The notes under the pieces: model-generated
The model's database searches: none
Seen by the model: the letters and a program-made list of their open reading frames with translations, nothing else
Told to the model about the DNA's origin: nothing
Position numbers and translations under genes: made by a program
NCBI GenBank assembly: GCA_026421185.1
Contig: JAPKCH010000003.1
Span: forward strand, 12,375 to 76,374
Direction of reading: 5' to 3'
Origin: Dehalococcoidia bacterium
GTDB lineage: Bacteria; Chloroflexota; Dehalococcoidia; Lucifugimonadales; Lucifugimonadaceae
DNA: 64,000 bases
In this document: one piece after another, positions 37,695-47,268 of the stretch
Layout: each line of letters opens with the position of its first letter
Numbering within the stretch: the first letter of the stretch is position 1

Positions 37695-38415
37695 TTATTG
37701 TGATGTGAGCGTTGTGCGACCCTATTTGAGAGTCGTTTACCGAATCGTGGTAACTACTGGTTGTACTCGATACCACGACTGACCGCAGACACTGCGGGAC
37801 TCACTCAGCATACATGCGAGTCCGTTAGATGAACGTACGTACTGCAGTCAGAGTGGTTCAAGTTACACGATGTGTCCGCTGGACTGAATGTGAAAAGTAC
37901 ACAGCGCTGGCCTGTGATATTTTCGAAACGGAGTAGAATCTCACAAGATCAAAAGGCTTTGCAATATTTTTAGCGACAAATATTGGAATCGACTAAATAT
38001 CCCTGTAGAGATAGATAGTATCGAGTACGCCATCAAACTTGAGGATCGTTGGATCCTCTTCATTTCAAAACTTAGTTATAAATTCGAGGATGAACTACGG
38101 GTATTTGTTCCTTACAATTCGCCAGATAACCCGTCATCCGCGTTATTTACGGGGCATTTTGTGAGTTACGAATATCTGCTAGGCAACCACGATTGGTCTA
38201 TACACATCTAAACTTGTGGCGGAGACAAGTAGACATTTCTAAGACAGATACGAGAGAGATTCAAAGTGGACTCGAAAGCATATCGAGGTCGAAAACACCC
38301 GCCCTACTGTACCTGTTTCACCTGCGTCGCTGATCGTCTGACTCGAAATAGTGTTTCCGGGCCTAAGGGATTACTTCTACGGATTCTGCGAATTTTCAGT
38401 GTTAGTCGATAGCTT

Positions 38416-38631
38416 CTAGAGCTTTTCGAACCCGAAGAATCTGCCTAGAACCCAACCGATGGCGAGTCCGATCAGGACTGAAAACGGGATACCGAACAGA
38501 ACGCTGACCATCGCTACATCTTTTGCGTTGGTTTCCGCATCATCGAACTGGAATAGTGAGATTACGAGAAACGCTATTCCCATAATAAATCCCAATGCTG
38601 CACCCATCAGTGCCGATTTACTAAATCTCAA
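38416..38631 (-). CDS. small two-TM membrane protein
   Basis: 71 aa with two hydrophobic helices. TTG start with a GAGGA Shine-Dalgarno 9 nt upstream, 34 nt after the C45 gene stop. Confidence 0.5.
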   Translation of the reverse strand: MRFSKSALMGAALGFIMGIAFLVISLFQFDDAETNAKDVAMVSVLFGIPFSVLIGLAIGWVLGRFFGFEKL

Positions 38632-38665
38632 CTCTGTTGATCCTCTTCGCTGGTACGCTGATCCA

Positions 38666-39751
38666 TTATCCAGCGTTATATGTTTCGTATTTGTTCTCGC
38701 ACGGATTTCCGTTAGTTACGTGCATTCGATTATCACTAGGTTCAAGGATGATAGAAATAACGCTACGTTGCCAACCCGTGTTTGGATCATCATTGGGATG
38801 CCGACATATCGACGTAGGGAAACCATCGTGGTCCGACAACAATAATTTAGCGTCGTCGATCGATACTTTTCCTTGATTCAGTCGAGCGTTTAGAAGTTCT
38901 TTACCGCGATCTCGTCGTTGGAATGACTGACCATAGATTTTGTCGGAAAAATCAAGATTGTTCGACACATACGATGGATGAACACAGTGATTCGTGTGGA
39001 CCAATACACCATCTGAATCTGTCGTAATCGATTCGACAGATTCAGGCATAATCTCAAGATTTAGTGGGCCTTCATTCGTAATCATCGCAGCGTTGGCAGT
39101 GAGTGCTCTCGGAGCTGACTCCACCGCACTTATAGCTTCAGCAGTAGTCTTTGCCTCCAGGATCGCACGAACAAAGAAGTACCAAGGAAGCCCTTTTGGA
39201 TCCGATGGTCCATTTAACGCATTCATGCATATGCCGATTCCAGACGAACTGAATCCCATGTAAGCAATTAATCCTGGCTGCATCCATGATGTGAAGGCTG
39301 CCTTGCCGTGTCCCTTCCGAGTGATCACGGTCGACAGCGGAGCCATCGCTGGATCGTTGTCCCAGTTCTGACCTGCAAAGCCCTTGCCTGAACCAGAAGA
39401 CTCCGCCGAAACCAAGATCGACGTACAGCCCTCCGATTGGTAACCGAGCATGTTCCTTGCATTGAACACCATCAAGCGCTCGACAGATATACCTGAAGCG
39501 TTGGATGTACCTTCCATCTCTTTGAGAGAGTCAGGGAAGAACTCAGTAACACGGTCGAAACTACGCAGAGCTACTTGTTCAGCGCGTTCCCATGTAACTT
39601 GTTGAATTGCACCTTTGTTGAAGCGTTCGAGCACGATATCCGAAAGTTCAACGATCTGGCTTCGAAAGTGCTCGCCAATCTGTTGTCCCATTTCGACTGG
39701 TGAGCCGCTAACGGTTAATTCAGGAAAACGTGCATTGGTTTGAGAATTCAT
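38666..39751 (-). CDS. peptidase C45 family acyl-CoA:6-aminopenicillanic-acid acyltransferase-like (Ntn) hydrolase
   Basis: 361 aa. Nucleophile context 'SEGCTSILV', 'AGQNWD', 'MNALNG' and 'HTNHC' are typical of the C45/AAT family. Confidence 0.75.
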   Translation of the reverse strand: MNSQTNARFPELTVSGSPVEMGQQIGEHFRSQIVELSDIVLERFNKGAIQQVTWERAEQVALRSFDRVTEFFPDSLKEMEGTSNASGISVERLMVFNARNMLGYQSEGCTSILVSAESSGSGKGFAGQNWDNDPAMAPLSTVITRKGHGKAAFTSWMQPGLIAYMGFSSSGIGICMNALNGPSDPKGLPWYFFVRAILEAKTTAEAISAVESAPRALTANAAMITNEGPLNLEIMPESVESITTDSDGVLVHTNHCVHPSYVSNNLDFSDKIYGQSFQRRDRGKELLNARLNQGKVSIDDAKLLLSDHDGFPTSICRHPNDDPNTGWQRSVISIILEPSDNRMHVTNGNPCENKYETYNAG

Positions 39752-39884
39752 AAATAATTAACTAGACCTATATGGCTTCCTATTCATACTTGGTGACAAT
39801 GAATGCAATCAAAATAACACCGAGTTGTTTGCTAGACTCGCCACCTCTTGAGATTTCATTAGCTAATTGTGAGGGTACGTATCG

Positions 39885-41651
39885 ATGGGAACAGACCAAG
39901 CCAATGGCAAAATACTTCGTTCAGAGGAGTGGTTTGGAACCAGAGATCTTGAAGGCTTCTTGCATCGTGCCGGTCTAAAGAATCAAGGATGGTCTGAGAA
40001 ATCATTCGCTGGACGCCCAGTGATCGGCATTGCCAACTCTTGGTCGGAAGCCACGCACTGCAATGCTCACCTACGTGATCTTGCTGAACACGTAAAACGT
40101 GGAGTTCTCGCTGCTGGTGGATTCCCGATTGAATTCCCAACTATTTCACTTGGCGAGTTCTTCCTTTCACCGACATCTATGTTTTGTAGGAATCTTATGT
40201 CGATGGACACCGAAGAGATGATCCGCGGTCTCCCGATTGATGGTGTCGTTCTGCTTTCGGGTTGTGACAAAACCACGCCTGCAATGCTGATGGGCGCTGC
40301 TTCAGCTGACCTGCCTGCAATCGTTCTTACCGGTGGACCTCAATTAAAGGGCAACTGGAAGGGCGAAGAACTTGGGTCTTGTACCGACTGTCGTCGTTAC
40401 TGGGCTGAGCTACGCGCTGGAACAATAACTCAAGCCGAATACGATTCGATGGAATCGGCAATTTATCGTTCACCAGGCCACTGCATGGTCATGGGCACAG
40501 CTTCGACTATGGGTGCGATTGTCGAAACTCTCGGCATGTGCTTACCCGGGGGAGCTGTCGTTCCCGGTGCTGACTCCCGCCGAAAAGTTCTCGCCGAAGA
40601 CTCCGGTCGAGCAGCAGTGGATCTTGTAAAGAAGGGCATTCGACCTTCCGACATCATGACTGAAGATGCATTCGACAACGCAATTCGCATGCTTTTAGCA
40701 GCTGGTGGTTCGACAAATGCGATTATCCACCTAACTGCTATAGCCGGTCGTGCAGGCATAAAGCTCCCACTTGAACGGTTCAATGAGCTGTCCGAAACAA
40801 CTCCGGTAATCGTCAATCTCAAGCCGGGCGGAAAGTATCTGATGGAAGACTTGTTCTACGCCGGCGGCGTAGAAGCTGTTCTCAAGAAGATGTCGAGTTT
40901 GCTAACACTAGATTGCCTGACGGTCACTGGTGATACGCTCGGAGAGAACATTGCTGACGCTGAATGCCATAACGATGACGTCGTCCTATCTCTTGAAACC
41001 CCGCTTGCCAAAGAAGGTGGCTTGTCAGTCCTGAAAGGGTCGCTTGCTCCGGATGGCGCAGTGATCAAACACATTGCAGCTTCTCCTGAATTGTTGCAGC
41101 ACACAGGTCGCGCTGTCGTATTTGAGAATCCACTCGATCTCAAGAACCGAATCGACGACCCTGATCTTGATGTAACCAAGGACGACATTCTCGTCATGAA
41201 GGGAGCAGGTCCTGTTGGTGGCCCAGGAATGCCAGAGGCTGGATTTCTACCACTGCCGAAGAAGCTTCTCGCTCAAGGCGTGCGCGATATGGTCCGAATA
41301 TCCGATGCACGTATGAGCGGTACGGCGTTTGGAACGATCGTGCTTCACGTGTCACCAGAGTCCCACATTGGAGGCCCGCTAGCCCTCGTGCAATCGGGAG
41401 ACATGATTACGTTAGATGTTGAAGCGAAGAAGCTTGATTTAAATGTTAACGAAGTTGAGCTTGCACGACGCCGAGCAGCATTACCGGAGCCTGTAGCAGA
41501 TGGCGGGTTCACTCGTGGTTACGGAAAGATGTACTCACAACACATTACCCAAGCTCAGGATGGCTGCGACTTCGACTTCCTGGTCGGCAAAACACCTGTT
41601 GAGACCCACGTCGAATCAGCAACTCACAACGCTGGATTCCACACTGGTTGA
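39885..41651 (+). CDS. IlvD/Edd-family dehydratase, sugar-acid (arabinonate/xylonate-like) subtype
   Basis: 588 aa. GAGGGT Shine-Dalgarno upstream. Motifs 'LRSEEWFG', 'PVIGIANSWSEATHCNAH', 'LLSGCDKTTP' and 'SPGHCMVMGTAST' supply the Fe-S Cys ligands. 'FPTISLGE' replaces the IlvD 'vsDGiamG' motif. Confidence 0.85.
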   Translation: MGTDQANGKILRSEEWFGTRDLEGFLHRAGLKNQGWSEKSFAGRPVIGIANSWSEATHCNAHLRDLAEHVKRGVLAAGGFPIEFPTISLGEFFLSPTSMFCRNLMSMDTEEMIRGLPIDGVVLLSGCDKTTPAMLMGAASADLPAIVLTGGPQLKGNWKGEELGSCTDCRRYWAELRAGTITQAEYDSMESAIYRSPGHCMVMGTASTMGAIVETLGMCLPGGAVVPGADSRRKVLAEDSGRAAVDLVKKGIRPSDIMTEDAFDNAIRMLLAAGGSTNAIIHLTAIAGRAGIKLPLERFNELSETTPVIVNLKPGGKYLMEDLFYAGGVEAVLKKMSSLLTLDCLTVTGDTLGENIADAECHNDDVVLSLETPLAKEGGLSVLKGSLAPDGAVIKHIAASPELLQHTGRAVVFENPLDLKNRIDDPDLDVTKDDILVMKGAGPVGGPGMPEAGFLPLPKKLLAQGVRDMVRISDARMSGTAFGTIVLHVSPESHIGGPLALVQSGDMITLDVEAKKLDLNVNEVELARRRAALPEPVADGGFTRGYGKMYSQHITQAQDGCDFDFLVGKTPVETHVESATHNAGFHTG

Positions 41652-41667
41652 TCCAGCGACTGAATAG

Positions 41668-42687
41668 TTAGTCAGGCGTTGGTGCATTGTCGGGAATAAG
41701 ACCTGCAATACGCATGTCGCTCCATACCGCAGCAGGAATGTCTTGCTGCACCATGGCGATATTTTGCTCTAGCTCAGCGATCGTCTGGGCACCTGGTACC
41801 GCAGTAGCAACTGCCGGGTGAGCAAGAACGAACTGAAGCGCTGCGGCTTTTAAGTCGACTCCATGCGCAACACATATTTCAGTCAATTTACGTGCCGTAG
41901 AAATTAAATCATCTGACGCCTGTTCGTAATCGAACGTTACCGGTTGTGAAAGATCACGAGCGAGAATGCCCGAGTTGTACGGGCCACCAATAGTGATCTT
42001 CACTTCACGTTCGACACAGGCAGGCAGGAATTCAGACAAGCCTGAGTGGTCTAGGAGAGTGTATCGCCCCGCCAGCAGGATGATGTCTAGGTCGAATCGC
42101 TGGATGAATTGCAATGGCATTTGCCACTCGTTCATTCCACAACCGATCGCCTTGATAGTTCCTTGATCTCGTAATTCAATCAGAGCTGGGAACGCTTCGT
42201 TTAGAGCTTGCCCTTCACCGTAAGTTTCTACATCTGGATCATGAACGTAGATGATTTCCACGCTATCGAGGTTTAATCGCTTCAGGCTTTCTTCGATAGA
42301 TCGGTGAACGTCGTCTCGAGTCCACGAATTGACAGCGACTAGCTCCCCGATACCATCCGGATCATCTGTAGGAACCATTCCGCCTTCAACGGCATTAAGA
42401 ACACGACCGATTTTGGTCGAAACAACGAATGAATCTCGATCTGCAGACGCGTACGAAGATTGACCTACCCGAGCTTCTGCACGCCCAGAACCATAGAGTG
42501 GTGCTGTATCGACATACGAAATACCCAGTTCTTGAGCACGGTCAATGACCTTTACCGCCTCGTCATGTGCTGTGCCGCCGTAGAGGCCGTCAGCGAGCAC
42601 CATTCCACTCAACGGCGCAGTTCCTAGGCCGAGCCTCGGAACTGAAATGCCGGTGTTTCCTAATGGGATTTTCTGGAATGGATCCAT
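41668..42687 (-). CDS. aldo/keto reductase (aldose 1-dehydrogenase-like)
   Basis: 339 aa with 'LGLGTAPL', 'YVDTAPLYG', 'EIIYVHDPD' and 'IKAIGCGMN'. Confidence 0.9.
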   Translation of the reverse strand: MDPFQKIPLGNTGISVPRLGLGTAPLSGMVLADGLYGGTAHDEAVKVIDRAQELGISYVDTAPLYGSGRAEARVGQSSYASADRDSFVVSTKIGRVLNAVEGGMVPTDDPDGIGELVAVNSWTRDDVHRSIEESLKRLNLDSVEIIYVHDPDVETYGEGQALNEAFPALIELRDQGTIKAIGCGMNEWQMPLQFIQRFDLDIILLAGRYTLLDHSGLSEFLPACVEREVKITIGGPYNSGILARDLSQPVTFDYEQASDDLISTARKLTEICVAHGVDLKAAALQFVLAHPAVATAVPGAQTIAELEQNIAMVQQDIPAAVWSDMRIAGLIPDNAPTPD

Positions 42688-42737
42688 CTCGATGAACTTT
42701 CCTGTCGATTACTAAGTGCTAGATGTTTACTTATGAA

Positions 42738-43802
42738 CTACTTCGATACCAACTCTGCGATGGCGTCACCAACTCCTTCGGTGGTCGAAGAACCGCCAAG
42801 GTCAGGTGTCAGAAGTTCGCCCTGCTCAAGTAACTGCAGAACAGCAGCATCAACGTCGGCGGCAGCAGCGTCTTCACCGAGGTGGCGAAGCATCATTGCA
42901 CTTGTCAAAATTTGAGCCATCGGATTGGCAATTCCCTGACCTGCAATGTCTGGAGCCGAACCATGTGTTGGCTCGAACATAGATGGAACTGATCGGTCAG
43001 GGTTTATGTTTGCGCTTGAAGCCAATCCCATGCTGCCAGTGATGATCGCACCAATGTCTGTAATGATGTCTCCGAAAAGGTTCGGAGCCACGATTACATC
43101 AAACATCTCGGGTCGTCGAATAAGATCCATGCAAGCTGCGTCTATCAGTAGCGATGCCGAGTCGATGTCTGTGTACTCTTCTGCAACTTCTGCGAACGTC
43201 CGGTCCCAGATAGTCATGTAGCCAAGAGCGTTCGATTTCGTGATGGATGTGACGTGGTTCTTTTTGCCACGTTCACGGGCGAGATCAAACGCGTAGCGAA
43301 TAGCTCGTTCACAACCCATGCGTGTGTAAACGGCTGTCTGTACAGCGACTTCGTTTGGTGTCCCGTGGTAAGCGAATCCACCAATGTTGAGGTATTCACC
43401 TTCAGTATTTTCTCGAATTACGGTTAGGTCAATGTCGTAAGGTTTCTTGCCTGACAAAGGAGACTCAACACCAGGGTACAAAACCGAAGGACGTAAGCAA
43501 ATGTACTGGTCGAAACGTCGACGAATCGGCAGCAGTAGGCCGTCGAGAGTGATGTTGTCCTGAATGTCAGGGTGCCCCACTGCTCCGAGGAATACAGCGT
43601 TGAAGTCCTCAAGAGTTACCAGCGCGTCATCCGGCATCATCTTGCCGTGTTTAAAGTAGTAATCTGAACTCCAAGGAAGCTCTGTGTAATCCCATGTAAT
43701 ACCGTATTTTGGAGCAAGGGCATCGAGCACTTTCATGCCTTCGTTTACAACGTCGACACCAATTCCGTCACCTTTGACGATTGCGATTTTATGTGTTGCC
43801 AT
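42738..43802 (-). CDS. tartrate dehydrogenase/decarboxylase-like beta-decarboxylating dehydrogenase (isocitrate/isopropylmalate DH family)
   Basis: Motifs 'KIAIVKGDGIGVDV', 'LRPSVLYPG', 'VIRENTEGEY' and 'NLFGDIITD'. 354 aa, TtuC-like N-terminus. Confidence 0.8.
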   Translation of the reverse strand: MATHKIAIVKGDGIGVDVVNEGMKVLDALAPKYGITWDYTELPWSSDYYFKHGKMMPDDALVTLEDFNAVFLGAVGHPDIQDNITLDGLLLPIRRRFDQYICLRPSVLYPGVESPLSGKKPYDIDLTVIRENTEGEYLNIGGFAYHGTPNEVAVQTAVYTRMGCERAIRYAFDLARERGKKNHVTSITKSNALGYMTIWDRTFAEVAEEYTDIDSASLLIDAACMDLIRRPEMFDVIVAPNLFGDIITDIGAIITGSMGLASSANINPDRSVPSMFEPTHGSAPDIAGQGIANPMAQILTSAMMLRHLGEDAAAADVDAAVLQLLEQGELLTPDLGGSSTTEGVGDAIAELVSK

Positions 43803-43911
43803 TCGAGCGGATTCCTATTTTTTTTGGTTACGTAATAATTGGATAGTGTGGTGAGATCCAGTGATCGAATCGAACCACGTTGTTGAATTTGTTTGAACCC
43901 ATGAAACGGGA

Positions 43912-44784
43912 TTACTTAGATCGCTCTTCAATGAGTTCGAGAACTCCCGAAATGTCATGCTCTTTTTTGCCGGCATCCATCATCGTGTTGTACATCTCGA
44001 GTGACTTTGTAGCCAGTTCAAGCGAAAGACCTTCATCTTCAGCTAACTGGCCGATAATGCCGAGATCTTTCCAGATGAGACGGAGAGGCGCAGCTGAATC
44101 TGGGAAGTCTCGAGCTGCAGTCATTGGAGCATTTCGTTCGATCATCGTGCTACCGCCCCAACTTACTCCAAGTAAGTCAGCAGCTGTTTGAATATCGACT
44201 CCAGCTGAATTGGCGAGGGCGAATGCTTCAGCAGCGGCAACGCTATGTACGCCGACGAGGAGCTGGTTGATCAGCTTCATTGCTGTGCCTGCGCCAGTAG
44301 GTCCCATCAGTTTGACGTTGGCACCCATTTTGGAAAAGTACTCATGCGCAAGTTCGAACGCATCTTCGGAACCGCCCGCCATGATCGCCAATGTGCCAGC
44401 TGCTGCTCCACCAGGACCGCCTGAGATAGGAGCATCGAGGAAATGGGCACCTTTGGCCTGTGCGGCTTCGGCACAAGCACGTGATGTCGCAATATCTACC
44501 GTTCCGTGATCAACGATCACCTGACCCGAGTGTGCGTTGGCGATTACGCCATCTTCACCAAGAAGAATTTCTCGGGAAGTTTTCACATCTGGCAAACAGA
44601 CCATCACGACTTCGACGTTCTTGGTTAGTTCGGCGACGGAAGTTGCGCCCTTGGCACCACGTTCGATCATCGCTTCGATCTTGGATTGTGTGCGTGTGAA
44701 CACAGTAAGATCAGTACCCTTTTCGAGGAGGTTGTCTACCATCCCCTGTCCCATGTATCCAAGACCCACAAAGCCGACTGACAT
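43912..44784 (-). CDS. NAD(P)-dependent beta-hydroxyacid dehydrogenase (3-hydroxyisobutyrate / tartronate-semialdehyde reductase family)
   Basis: Rossmann motif 'VGFVGLGYMGQGM', 'DAPISGG' and 'GAGTAMKLINQ'. 290 aa. Confidence 0.9.
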   Translation of the reverse strand: MSVGFVGLGYMGQGMVDNLLEKGTDLTVFTRTQSKIEAMIERGAKGATSVAELTKNVEVVMVCLPDVKTSREILLGEDGVIANAHSGQVIVDHGTVDIATSRACAEAAQAKGAHFLDAPISGGPGGAAAGTLAIMAGGSEDAFELAHEYFSKMGANVKLMGPTGAGTAMKLINQLLVGVHSVAAAEAFALANSAGVDIQTAADLLGVSWGGSTMIERNAPMTAARDFPDSAAPLRLIWKDLGIIGQLAEDEGLSLELATKSLEMYNTMMDAGKKEHDISGVLELIEERSK

Positions 44785-44823
44785 TATTTGAGAACTCCCG
44801 TGGAAAATCTGATATTGATTGTG

Positions 44824-44854
44824 CGTAAATGTGAATTTATGTCACATCGTTACG
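44824..44854. promoter_or_regulatory. palindromic candidate operator upstream of the dehydrogenase operon
   Basis: CGTAA-ATGTGA-atttatg-TCACAT-cg-TTACG, 45-70 nt upstream of the 44784 start codon. Confidence 0.25.
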
Positions 44855-44960
44855 TAAATAAAGAAGATAGCTCCCTCGATACGTGACGCGATTATATCCG
44901 CTACTCGCCTGTGGTTTGTCGAAAGGTTAATAAATTTTCAGCAGATACGTATTTAGTTAA

Positions 44961-44995
44961 AACAAAAAAAGCGCCGGAATAATCCAACGCCTTTT
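44961..44995 (-). terminator. rho-independent terminator after the permease gene
   Basis: On the minus strand: GCGUUGG-AUUAUU-CCGGCGC (two G:U pairs) followed by UUUUUUUGUU. Confidence 0.55.
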
Positions 44996-45018
44996 TTTGT
45001 GTTTCTTTTGAATTGAGA

Positions 45019-46065
45019 CTAGTCCAGTTGTCTTAATCTCGGGTCGAGACGATCACGTAACCAGTCACCGAAGAAGTTCAATGCCATCACAACCAAGAAG
45101 ATTGCGAATCCAGGCCAGAATGAAATCCACCATGCTTCTTCAATGAACTGCCTACCGTCACTAACACTCTTACCCCATGCAGGGATCGGGTCTGGAATAC
45201 CAGCACCCAAGAATGAAAGTGTTGATTCCGTCAGAATCAATTGACCAACTCGAAGTGAGGCAACAACAAGAATTGTGCTGTACGTACCTGGCAATATGTG
45301 CCTGAGAATAATCCGTATCGAAGACGCACCAGCTACTCTAGCCGCAGCGACATATTCCTGACCACGAATAGTCAATACATCAGCACGTACTTGTCGTACG
45401 AAAGCTGTCCAAGCCACAAGAGTGATCAAGAATATGACAACACCCTTCGCGGCTCCTCCTGACGTTAAGAATTGCTGCGCTACCACCAGTGCGATCAAAA
45501 TAAACGGAAGTGCTAACCACACATCCACAAGACGCATCAATATCTCGTCAGTCCATCCACCAAAGTAACCTGAGATTATTCCCAAAAGAGATCCGACAAT
45601 AATTCCTGTAGTAAGGGCGTATGCAGTCACTTCAAGAGAAATACGTGCGCCGTAAATCACACGAGAAAGTACGTCACGTCCTAAGTTATCGGCACCAAGT
45701 ATGTATACCGAACGTGGGAAGGTGCTCTTCTTCGCCCTATTGAATGCCGAGCGCTGTTTAGTTATCGACATGTCGTAGTCAGCGGGGTCTGGCGCAGTGT
45801 TGAACTCTGGTCTTTCAGCACCCCAAGTTGGCGGGTAGTTTCTGAATGAAAGAGACTGTGAAACAGGATCTGCTGGTGCTATAGCAGGAGCGAATATACC
45901 AGCAATAAGCAATACAGACATGATTATCAACGGGATTATCGGCCATCGCCTAAGGAAGTAGAAAGCCTGAGAAGCGATTCGACGTTTTGCAACGCTACGC
46001 AGTTCTACGCTTTTACCCGTATCCGAAGCACTATTGTTGGTTTGTATGTCAGCCTGTTGAGCCAT
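45019..46065 (-). CDS. ABC transporter permease, DppC/OppC type
   Basis: 348 aa. An N-terminal TM helix followed by a long loop and five further TM helices. BPD_transp_1-like 'AARVAGASSIRIILRHILP' EAA region. Confidence 0.9.
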   Translation of the reverse strand: MAQQADIQTNNSASDTGKSVELRSVAKRRIASQAFYFLRRWPIIPLIIMSVLLIAGIFAPAIAPADPVSQSLSFRNYPPTWGAERPEFNTAPDPADYDMSITKQRSAFNRAKKSTFPRSVYILGADNLGRDVLSRVIYGARISLEVTAYALTTGIIVGSLLGIISGYFGGWTDEILMRLVDVWLALPFILIALVVAQQFLTSGGAAKGVVIFLITLVAWTAFVRQVRADVLTIRGQEYVAAARVAGASSIRIILRHILPGTYSTILVVASLRVGQLILTESTLSFLGAGIPDPIPAWGKSVSDGRQFIEEAWWISFWPGFAIFLVVMALNFFGDWLRDRLDPRLRQLD

Positions 46066-46110
46066 GTGCCTACGCTAAAAACTAAATGTCTTTAAAAAGT
46101 TGTACCGCGT

Positions 46111-47046
46111 CTAGTCGTACCGAATTCTCGGATCGATGTACGCGTACAAGAGGTCGGTGATGAAAGTCATACCAACGAACAAAATTGTGAAGAAAAACAC
46201 AACGCCTTGCAGTACCGGAAAGTCGTTGTTATTCACAGCCGTTATAGCCATTTGCCCCATTCCAGGCCAAGCAAATATTGTTTCTACTAAAACTGAACCA
46301 GTAAGAAAATAGGTCAATCCCAAAGTCATGCCAGTTAGGGGCTGAATGAAGGCATTTTTAAAGGCATGCTTCCAAATTACCTTGCTATTGCCGACACCTT
46401 TGGCACGTGCAAGCCGTACATACTCAGAATCAAGTACTTCTAACATTGCCGTTCGAGTGATTCGCATGTAGAACGCAAATCCGCCTGATGCCAAAGTGAT
46501 TGTCGGAAGCACCAGAAATTTAACGTCCCAGAAACCATCACCCTTGAGCCCGGCTGGAAATATTTGCCACTTCACAGCGAACAGCATGATCAACACAAGG
46601 CCGAGCCAAAATTGAGGCACCGCCTGTCCTAGCAATGCAAAAAATCTACCGAGATAATCCCAAATACTTCCACGTTTTACCGCAGATAGAACTCCAAGCG
46701 GGATACCGACCACAAATGAAAGAATGAACGCTGTGGCTCCTAAATGAAGAGTAGTTGGGAGGCGTTTCAAAACCACCCTCAACACTGGCTTACGATCCTT
46801 GATCGTCTCTCCCATGTCGCCTTTGAGCGTGCGGCCAAGCCATAGCGCATATTGAACTGGAACTGGACGATCCAGCGCCAATTTCTTGCGTAGAGCCGCT
46901 TCACTTTCAGCTGTTAGGCCGTATCCCGAAGTGGCGTAAAGCAGTAACGGGTCGCCATTTGCGCGCGACAGCAAGAATACCGCCATGGTCGCAACCACAA
47001 TACTGACTAACGAAAACACGAATCTACGAATAATAAAACGCCGCAT
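46111..47046 (-). CDS. ABC transporter permease, DppB/OppB type
   Basis: 'MRRFIIRRFVFSLVSIV' is the classic DppB N-terminus, so ATG 47046 is preferred over 47139. EAA motif 'YVRLARAKGVGNSKVIWKHAFKNA'. Confidence 0.9.
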   Translation of the reverse strand: MRRFIIRRFVFSLVSIVVATMAVFLLSRANGDPLLLYATSGYGLTAESEAALRKKLALDRPVPVQYALWLGRTLKGDMGETIKDRKPVLRVVLKRLPTTLHLGATAFILSFVVGIPLGVLSAVKRGSIWDYLGRFFALLGQAVPQFWLGLVLIMLFAVKWQIFPAGLKGDGFWDVKFLVLPTITLASGGFAFYMRITRTAMLEVLDSEYVRLARAKGVGNSKVIWKHAFKNAFIQPLTGMTLGLTYFLTGSVLVETIFAWPGMGQMAITAVNNNDFPVLQGVVFFFTILFVGMTFITDLLYAYIDPRIRYD

Positions 47047-47188
47047 TGATTCCTTGAATCCCACGAGATAATTAATTTTTTGTAAGAGTGGGTTGAGATT
47101 ACCATATATAAAGCTAATCTCACCTATTAGTAATCCCAAATAATGTATTTATAAGCCTTTATTTGGAATTACTAACAGATATTAAATA

Positions 47189-47221
47189 GGAAGGGGACCA
47201 CCAAATGGTGGCCCCCTTCTT
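47189..47221 (-). terminator. intercistronic stem-loop between the binding-protein and permease genes
   Basis: Minus strand: GAAGGGGGCCACCA-UUU-GGUGGUCCCCUUC, a long GC-rich stem about 50 nt after the SBP stop. There is no clear U-run. It is more likely an mRNA-stabilising or attenuating hairpin. Confidence 0.45.
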
Positions 47222-47268
47222 GTTTAACGTTAACCGTTACAAACTGGCAACTTGATCTGAAGTTCGAA

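Noticed and set aside
40463-41197. 119-aa and 113-aa minus-strand ORFs inside the IlvD/Edd gene
   Set aside because: Antisense shadows. Ser/Ala/Arg-rich translations.
44829-44847. CRP/FNR-type site TGTGA-N-TCACA
   Set aside because: The spacer is 7 nt, not the canonical 6. It is kept only as a generic candidate operator.
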